Assembly (NCBI GenBank): GCA_977020255.1
Contig: CDROCS010005463.1
Coordinates: 1-64,000 of the forward strand
Reading direction: 5' to 3'
Source: Obrimoposthia wandeli
Lineage: Eukaryota
DNA length: 64,000 nt
Shown: piece after piece, positions 57,885 through 64,000 of the stretch
How the letters are laid out: each line of letters starts with the position of its first letter
Numbering within the stretch: the first letter of the stretch is position 1
Program-made: the position numbers and the translations under genes
Notes under the pieces: generated by a model
What the model saw: only the letters and a program-made list of their open reading frames with translations
Told to the model about the DNA's origin: nothing
The model's database searches: none

Positions 57885-58670
57885 GTGCAACGTTTTCCTT
57901 TTGGTTTAAGCTTATTAAAACCAAAGGGGAGGCTTAGCTCACATATTCAAGCACTATGGACGCTCACTATTGATGAGAGCCCGAGTGTGCAGCTGAGCAA
58001 ATGGTTACAAGGAGATGCCTGCAGTGGTATTTTGCTTAATCTAGGCGCCGCTATTTACTTAGATGGTCAGCGGTTTGATAATGAAGTGATTTTTTTACCC
58101 GTGAGTAAAAAGTCACGTATTATCACATTAAGCCCGCATACTCGCTTAGTCGGCATTCGCTTTCAGCAAGGGGTTGGCTCGCTATTGTTTGGACAAACAC
58201 CACAGGTGGCCGTCACCTTATCTTGTAGTAAAGACGAAATGCATACACAAGCTTTACTGACAGCGTTGACTCTTAATCCCAGCCATTATTATCAGCTGCG
58301 AAAGCTGTATCAGTGGGTGCTCAAAGAAGTGGACTGTTCGCTTAACTTACCACAAGGTTTTTTAGAGGCGTTGAGTATTTTAGAAAATACGCAGTCAATA
58401 CATCAGCTTACTCAGCAGGCAAGTTTGAGCCAGCGCCAATTGGAGCGCCATTATCGTAAATGGTTAGATATGACGCCTAACCAATATTTGCGATTAATGA
58501 GAGTAAATAAAGCATTGCAGATTTTAAAGTCTTTTCCTAATACAAATTTAGCGCAGTTAGCGTTACAAACCGATTTCTCTGATCAAGCACACATGACCAG
58601 AGAGTTTAAGGAAATAGCGGCGACTACCCCTTTTAAGTATACAAAGCTGATAAAAAATTCTGCTTCATAG
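57885..58670 (+). CDS. AraC family regulator
   Basis: SQRQLERHYRKWLDMTP, FSDQAHMTREFK. Confidence 0.88.
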   Translation: MQRFPFGLSLLKPKGRLSSHIQALWTLTIDESPSVQLSKWLQGDACSGILLNLGAAIYLDGQRFDNEVIFLPVSKKSRIITLSPHTRLVGIRFQQGVGSLLFGQTPQVAVTLSCSKDEMHTQALLTALTLNPSHYYQLRKLYQWVLKEVDCSLNLPQGFLEALSILENTQSIHQLTQQASLSQRQLERHYRKWLDMTPNQYLRLMRVNKALQILKSFPNTNLAQLALQTDFSDQAHMTREFKEIAATTPFKYTKLIKNSAS

Positions 58671-58680
58671 TGCGCTGGCA

Positions 58681-59637
58681 CTATAGCCCAAGGTGGGTTT
58701 TAACCGCATTTAAACCGTTCTCTCCATCGATAGTGTTCACGCCCAAAAGCCAACTGTCTAGTATATTAGGGTGTTTTTTTAGATATTGAGTTGCCGCTTG
58801 TGCAGGTTTTTGTTCGCTATCCATGATGAGGCTCATCATTTGGTTTTCCATTGCTAAGGTGAATTCTAAATTGTTAATAAATGTAGCAATGTTTGTGCAC
58901 TGTTGACGATAGCCTTTTCGAGTAAGTGTCTGGATGGTTGCTCCGCCAAAATTTTCCCCAAAAAATTTATCACCACCGCTTAAATAAACCATATCAAAGT
59001 TAGTATTCATAGGGTGCGGCTCCCAGCCTAGAAATACAATGAATTGCTGGCGCTTAACGGCGCGCTTTACTTGGCTCAACACGCCTTGTTCGCCAGATTC
59101 TACTAAGCGCCATTTAGCTAAATTGAAATCGCCACCGTCTATCATTTTTTGTAGTAACTGGTTTGCAGGCGCTCCTGCTTCAATACCGTAAATGCGTTTT
59201 TTAAATTGATCTGCGAATTTTTCTAAATCAGTAAAGTTTTTGACACCGGCATCGTATACGTATTTTGGAACCGCTAAAGTAAACTTAGCCCCTCGTAAGT
59301 TTTCTTTGACAATATCTATGTCGCCGGGGGTTGCATATTTATCGATAAATTTTTGTTGCGCCGGCATCCAATTACCCAAAAATATATCTATTTCATTGTT
59401 TTTTAATGCTTCAAACCCGATAGGGACTGCGAGTGTACTGATGTTAGTTTTATAGCCTAGGCCTTGCAGCACAGTGCTAGCGAGTGCGTTAGTTGAGGTT
59501 ATATCGCTCCAGCCTGGGTCGGTGAAATGAACGGTACTACACTGTTGCGGCTCTACAGCAAGCGCGCTTGTGCCCAGTAATGTGCTGGTAAGGCCGATGG
59601 ATACAATAGCTTTGGCTACACGAGTAAAATTGAACAT
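58681..59637 (-). CDS. choX: Choline/choline-O-sulfate ABC substrate-binding protein (ChoX/BetX family)
   Basis: DPGWSDI, DIFLGNWMP, YGIEAGA, FLGWEPHPMN. Confidence 0.88.
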   Translation of the reverse strand: MFNFTRVAKAIVSIGLTSTLLGTSALAVEPQQCSTVHFTDPGWSDITSTNALASTVLQGLGYKTNISTLAVPIGFEALKNNEIDIFLGNWMPAQQKFIDKYATPGDIDIVKENLRGAKFTLAVPKYVYDAGVKNFTDLEKFADQFKKRIYGIEAGAPANQLLQKMIDGGDFNLAKWRLVESGEQGVLSQVKRAVKRQQFIVFLGWEPHPMNTNFDMVYLSGGDKFFGENFGGATIQTLTRKGYRQQCTNIATFINNLEFTLAMENQMMSLIMDSEQKPAQAATQYLKKHPNILDSWLLGVNTIDGENGLNAVKTHLGL

Positions 59638-59799
59638 TGGATATCCTTTTTTATTTTTATAGAGAGAGTGGGTTAATAGAGATGAATTAGGCTAGCCTCA
59701 GGGGTATTTGTTTAATGTATTGTTGTGCTTAGAGTGAGCGGTAAGTTCGACAGTCTAGAAAGACAACCGTTGGTTTAGCTCAAGATCATCCGATCAATG

Positions 59800-59835
59800 G
59801 CAATCCTGTCTCTACTTCATTAGAGACAGGATTGC
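59800..59835. other. Perfect 15-bp stem-loop between betC and choX
   Basis: GCAATCCTGTCTCTA-CTTCAT-TAGAGACAGGATTGC. Confidence 0.9.
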
Positions 59836-59884
59836 GTGTGATTACATTTTTATTGCTGGTACATATCCCAGCATCTTTACCAAG

Positions 59885-61408
59885 CTACTTTTTAACTTGA
59901 GGAAAACGTGCGCGTTTTTCTAGGTCATCTAAATCTACGTTGTTGCGCATATACATAGTGCTGGCATCAAATATTGGTTGGTGATCCCACTTAGGCTCCT
60001 TTCCTTTTTTATGAGCGGCTGCTATCAGGCGACGGCGCTTTTGGCTGATAATCACATCTCTAGTGATAGCGTCTGTGTCCCAGCGTTGTGCAGCCTCTTC
60101 TTTAAAAGCAGCCAGTTGATCTGCAAATGCAGGGTCTGTGGCTAAATTGACTCGTTCTTGTGGGTCATCTTTTAGGTTAAAAAGTTGCGCAGGATCTGGC
60201 TGGCTACAAATGAACTTGTAATCACCTCGGCGAATCATGAACATAGGCGCAATAACACCTTCTCCCATGTATTCACCAATCACTTCATCGTGACCCGTAT
60301 CGCCGTTTAAATGAGGCATTAAGCTGCGACCATCAATTGGCATTGCGTATTCAGGAGCCTCTGTCTTGTTTGCCAGTTCTGCAAAAGTAGGGAGTAAATC
60401 CATAGTAGATACACTCGCTTGTACTCGCTTAGGGCTAAAGTGCTCGGGAGCACATACCACCATTGGCACGCGTGCAGACCATTCGAAATAGCTCATTTTA
60501 TACCATAGGCCTCGCTCACCGAGCATATCGCCGTGATCACCTGAGAAAACCACAATCGTGTTATCGGCTAAGCCGGTATCTTTTAGTGTTTTCATCAATT
60601 TGCCGATTTGATCATCCACGTAGCTAATTGCTCCGTAGTATGCGCGACGTGCATTGCGAATTTGTTGATCGCTTATCTCGCTACGATCCATTTGGTAAAC
60701 GTGCAATAAACGTTTTGAATGTGGGTCTTGTTCGCTATCAGCTAATTCAAAAGAGGGTAGTTCAATCTCATCATCGGTGTATCTATCCCAATATTCTTGT
60801 GGGATGGCATAAGGGTCATGCGGGTGAGTCATTGACACAGTAAGGCAAAATGGCTGGTTCTCATTATTACGAGCGCGATCATATAAATAGCGCTCAGCAT
60901 GGAAAACAACTTCATCGTCAAAATCTAACTGGTTAGTACGCAATGTTGGGCCAGCTTGAGTAACAGATGACATGTTATGGTACCAAGTAGGGCGTTTGTC
61001 AAAATCTTCCCAATCGGGGAACCAGCCGTAATCTGCTGGGTAAATATCAGTGGTTAATCTGTCTTCAAAGCCGTGTAGTTGATCGGGGCCGCAAAAGTGC
61101 ATTTTACCGGACAGTGCGGTTTTATATCCCTGTGCCCGCAGGTAATGGGCAAAGGTTGGGATATCAGCAGGAAACTCTGCCGCATTGTCATACGCGCCAA
61201 TCTTGCTGGGTAATTGCCCGGTCATTAAAACGTAACGGCTAGGGGCGCACAGCGGACTATTACAGTAGGCTGAATCAAACACGACCCCATTTTTTGCTAA
61301 TGTATCAAGATGCGGCGTTTTAGCGGTTTTACCGCCATACATCGACAGTACAGGTGCTGCTAATTGGTCTGCCATAATAAATAAAATATTGGGTTGATCT
61401 TGGCTCAT
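59885..61408 (-). CDS. betC: Choline-sulfatase
   Basis: PNILFIMADQL, NSPLCAPSR (CxPxR), DFPADIPTFAH, YMRN tail; start MSQDQPN at 61408. Confidence 0.95.
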   Translation of the reverse strand: MSQDQPNILFIMADQLAAPVLSMYGGKTAKTPHLDTLAKNGVVFDSAYCNSPLCAPSRYVLMTGQLPSKIGAYDNAAEFPADIPTFAHYLRAQGYKTALSGKMHFCGPDQLHGFEDRLTTDIYPADYGWFPDWEDFDKRPTWYHNMSSVTQAGPTLRTNQLDFDDEVVFHAERYLYDRARNNENQPFCLTVSMTHPHDPYAIPQEYWDRYTDDEIELPSFELADSEQDPHSKRLLHVYQMDRSEISDQQIRNARRAYYGAISYVDDQIGKLMKTLKDTGLADNTIVVFSGDHGDMLGERGLWYKMSYFEWSARVPMVVCAPEHFSPKRVQASVSTMDLLPTFAELANKTEAPEYAMPIDGRSLMPHLNGDTGHDEVIGEYMGEGVIAPMFMIRRGDYKFICSQPDPAQLFNLKDDPQERVNLATDPAFADQLAAFKEEAAQRWDTDAITRDVIISQKRRRLIAAAHKKGKEPKWDHQPIFDASTMYMRNNVDLDDLEKRARFPQVKK

Positions 61409-61544
61409 GATCTTGTATCCTCTGCAATAGGGTAAATAGTAACGACTAAATCTATTCATGATTTTATTCAATACATGTGATTCTTAACTTAAAAATGTAG
61501 TGTGTAAACGGGGCAAATTTTAATGACAAGCATAAGTATAGCTA

Positions 61545-62456
61545 ATGTTACTTTTTGAAAAGATACCCACCTCTCAAAGTTTGCTTATCTTTGAAGCGGC
61601 CGCTCGTCATAAAAGCTTTACGGGTGCAGCGAGAGAGATAGGGTCAACTCAATCAGCGATAAGCCAGCAAATAAAAGGCTTAGAAGCGAGCTTAGGGCTC
61701 GTGCTTTTTCAGCGGGTTTATCGAGGAGTGTCTCTCACCGAAGAGGGGCACTCGCTGTATGAAGCAGTACAAAGCGGGTTTGGCCAAATAGCAACGTGCT
61801 TAGATAAGTTGCAAAAAAACCATGCCCACCAAGTGGTAAATGTCGCAACTGACTTTGCACTTGCCGCATATTGGCTATTACCTAAGCTGCCGCGTTTTCG
61901 GGAATTACACCCGAAAATTGATGTGCGTATTATTACTTCACAGGGCCAGCATGATTTTTTTGGGCAAAACGTAGATATAGCGATTGTGTTTGCTGGGCCC
62001 AAAACGTTACCTGATTATGCGTTTAAGCTATTTAATGAAGAGGTTTTCCCTGTTTGTAGCCCGGCGTTTTTAGCGGCAAATGCACCAGTGAATAGTCATA
62101 AAAAGCTGGCCACACTGCCGCTGTTAAAACTGGGAACAGATGCCGGGCAAGGGTGGTTTGATTGGCATAGTTATTTTCAGGGGCGGCGCAGTCAAATGTT
62201 ACCGACTGAACCGGTGCTTACCTTTAATAACTATACTTTACTCATTCAAGCGGCAATTGCAGGGCAGGGAGTTGGTTTAGGTTGGTCTACATTGGTAGAT
62301 GATTTAATTGATAGTAAAATTTTAGTAGGGCTAAGGGAGTTTAGCTTGAACTCTGATAATGGTTATTATGTCGTTGAGCCTAAGCCAAATGAGCAAGTAC
62401 TTGCCAAACAGCACTTTATGGATTGGTTATTACAAGAGAGCTTGTTGATGCAATAG
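61545..62456 (+). CDS. LysR (GcvA-like) choline-sulfate utilisation regulator
   Basis: FEAAARHKSFTGAA, ATDFALAAYWLLPKL; divergent from betC. Confidence 0.88.
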   Translation: MLLFEKIPTSQSLLIFEAAARHKSFTGAAREIGSTQSAISQQIKGLEASLGLVLFQRVYRGVSLTEEGHSLYEAVQSGFGQIATCLDKLQKNHAHQVVNVATDFALAAYWLLPKLPRFRELHPKIDVRIITSQGQHDFFGQNVDIAIVFAGPKTLPDYAFKLFNEEVFPVCSPAFLAANAPVNSHKKLATLPLLKLGTDAGQGWFDWHSYFQGRRSQMLPTEPVLTFNNYTLLIQAAIAGQGVGLGWSTLVDDLIDSKILVGLREFSLNSDNGYYVVEPKPNEQVLAKQHFMDWLLQESLLMQ

Positions 62457-62672
62457 ATTAATGATTTAGCCCGGATATTGCATGTAATGCCGTGATGATA
62501 GCGCCGCTAGTTGTTTTTACAGGCTTTTTTTCGTTTGAGCGCCGTACGGGTGCGTCCGGTTGATTGAGAAAGAAAAGTCAGTAAAAACAAAGGGCAAGCT
62601 AGGACACGAGCAATTGGGTGCAGTATTCGGGTTAGGGGCTTCCTAAACCATTAACCTACTCGTGAAGGGAAA

Positions 62673-62993
62673 TTAGAGACCTAGGCCAAACCTGAGTAGC
62701 CCAAATGACAACATGCCTACCACAATCGTGGTTAATAAGTCTTTGCGAACAAATGCCGTGATAGTGGCGATAAACGATGCAAGTAACCAAGGGTTGTCGT
62801 ACGCGAGCCAAAGTTCTCCCTTAGGCATCGTCACACTAGGGGCAATAATTGCCATTAATACAACCGGTGGGACAAATTCGAGCCCTTTATTTAGCCAAGG
62901 CGGAAAACGCACTTTTCCAGCGACTGCAAATAGCACATACCTAACACTAAAAGTGACAGCAAACATCCCTGAAATGAGTAGTGTTTCATTCAT
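62673..62993 (-). CDS. azlD: AzlD family membrane protein
   Basis: VTFSVRY, LEFVPPVVLMAIIAP. Confidence 0.85.
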   Translation of the reverse strand: MNETLLISGMFAVTFSVRYVLFAVAGKVRFPPWLNKGLEFVPPVVLMAIIAPSVTMPKGELWLAYDNPWLLASFIATITAFVRKDLLTTIVVGMLSFGLLRFGLGL

Positions 62994-63757
62994 GATGCTT
63001 CCTCCTGATTGTTTTTTTGTAAGCGGCTCTCTAACATCATTAAAGACACACCGACGCTGATCCCCGAGAACGCAGCAAACAATAAACCGAGTTTGTGTGG
63101 AAAGTCATAACTGACAATCGAGAGCACAGAGCAGACGAGCACAGCGACGACAATTGGTTTGTTTTTTAAGTAAGGCACTACCATACCTAAAAAGGTGACA
63201 GACATCGCAAAATCTAATCCCCAGTTTTGCATTTGCGGAAAAATATTACCCAAGGTTAGCCCGATATACGTGCACAGTATCCAATTGCCGTACATTGCTA
63301 AAAACGAGCCTAAGTAGTACCAGTGGGCATTGTCTAAGTTTCCCTGTTGCATATAGCGGTTATTAACAGCGGCAAAGGTTTCATCGGTTAAGCCAAACGC
63401 CATAATGGCCCGCCAGTGCTGGGGCAAATGCTTCACTTTTGGCAATAGATTCGCTGAATATAATATATGCCTAAAGTTAACGATAAAAGTGGTGGCAATT
63501 ATAATAGGCACGCTAGCACCGGCTGCTAATAAACTTAAGGCGATAAACTGGCTGGCACCTGCAAATACAATCACTGACATTAACATTGCACCAATGGCAG
63601 ATAACCCGTTAGGTTCGGCTAATGTACCAAAAATTATTCCAAACGGAGCCGCTCCAACAAGTAGTGGGAAAGTAGCAATGACACCTGAAAAAAACTCTTT
63701 TGAACGCTTGGTTTGTAATGGTTTTTGCACGGTTGTGCTTGGTTGATAATTACTCAT
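62990..63757 (-). CDS. azlC: AzlC family branched-chain amino acid exporter
   Basis: FAGASQF, VNFRHILYS, GLTDETFA. Confidence 0.9.
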   Translation of the reverse strand: MSNYQPSTTVQKPLQTKRSKEFFSGVIATFPLLVGAAPFGIIFGTLAEPNGLSAIGAMLMSVIVFAGASQFIALSLLAAGASVPIIIATTFIVNFRHILYSANLLPKVKHLPQHWRAIMAFGLTDETFAAVNNRYMQQGNLDNAHWYYLGSFLAMYGNWILCTYIGLTLGNIFPQMQNWGLDFAMSVTFLGMVVPYLKNKPIVVAVLVCSVLSIVSYDFPHKLGLLFAAFSGISVGVSLMMLESRLQKNNQEEAS

Positions 63758-64000
63758 ATATTTAACTCCATATAGATATCTGAGCGTGGAAAATTTGAGA
63801 CCCCATTGGGATGACAGGTTTGTTTAAATCCCATATGTTGATACAACGTAAGTGCTCTAGGTAATAAGCTGGAGGTTTCAAGATAGACATTATTTGCGTT
63901 TAATTGCCTAGATTTATCCAGTGCAATCAATAACATTTTTCTACCGATACCATAGCCTTGATATTGCTCATCTACTGCCATTTTGGATATCTCATAGCCA
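63754..64000 (-). CDS. GNAT acetyltransferase, 5' part outside the window
   Basis: YEISKMAVDEQYQGYGIGRKM, VYLETSSLLPRALTLYQHMGF. Confidence 0.85.
   Translation of the reverse strand, partial: GYEISKMAVDEQYQGYGIGRKMLLIALDKSRQLNANNVYLETSSLLPRALTLYQHMGFKQTCHPNGVSNFPRSDIYMELNI

Noticed and set aside
62580-62670. c-di-GMP-I riboswitch-like words (GGCAA, CCTAAACCATT)
   Set aside because: Lacks the GNRA/receptor architecture and lies between convergent 3' ends

Overview
AT-rich marine gammaproteobacterial chromosome segment, probably Oceanospirillales-like (inferred from the Pseudomonas-like gmk-rpoZ-spoT / yheS-fkpA-rsd-fliL-gshA core). From left to right: (1) a reduced MSHA type IV pilus operon on the minus strand (mshI, PilN-like, mshJ, mshE, mshG, one major-type pilin, mshC, mshD, start of mshO). 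mshK/L/M/N are absent and the mshC/mshD junction is odd. (2) tRNA-Phe(GAA) followed by a decayed duplicate of its 3' flank. (3) A split Aer-type PAS protein plus an MCP with a CZB domain. (4) A heterotrophic sulfide-oxidation cluster (persulfide dioxygenase, DUF442-SQR, SulP). The DUF442-SQR fusion is broken by an A9 run. (5) Accessory regulators and exporters. (6) A stand-alone fusA and housekeeping genes. (7) A PgtB/DctB-like kinase and a sigma54 activator in front of a sigma54 promoter driving a PhnDCEE-type ABC transporter, with no phosphonate catabolic genes in the window. (8) A candidate undescribed D-amino-acid/imino-acid catabolic locus: tripartite tricarboxylate transporter, LysR, RidA, DadA-like dehydrogenase, two-Cys racemase-like protein and fold-IV aminotransferase. 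(9) Choline-O-sulfate utilisation (betC, choX-like, LysR) and GNAT-azlCD. Several short interspersed palindromic repeat families sit in intergenic DNA. No CRISPR array, rRNA, integrase or transposase was seen. All protein calls come from motif recognition by eye; no database search was run.
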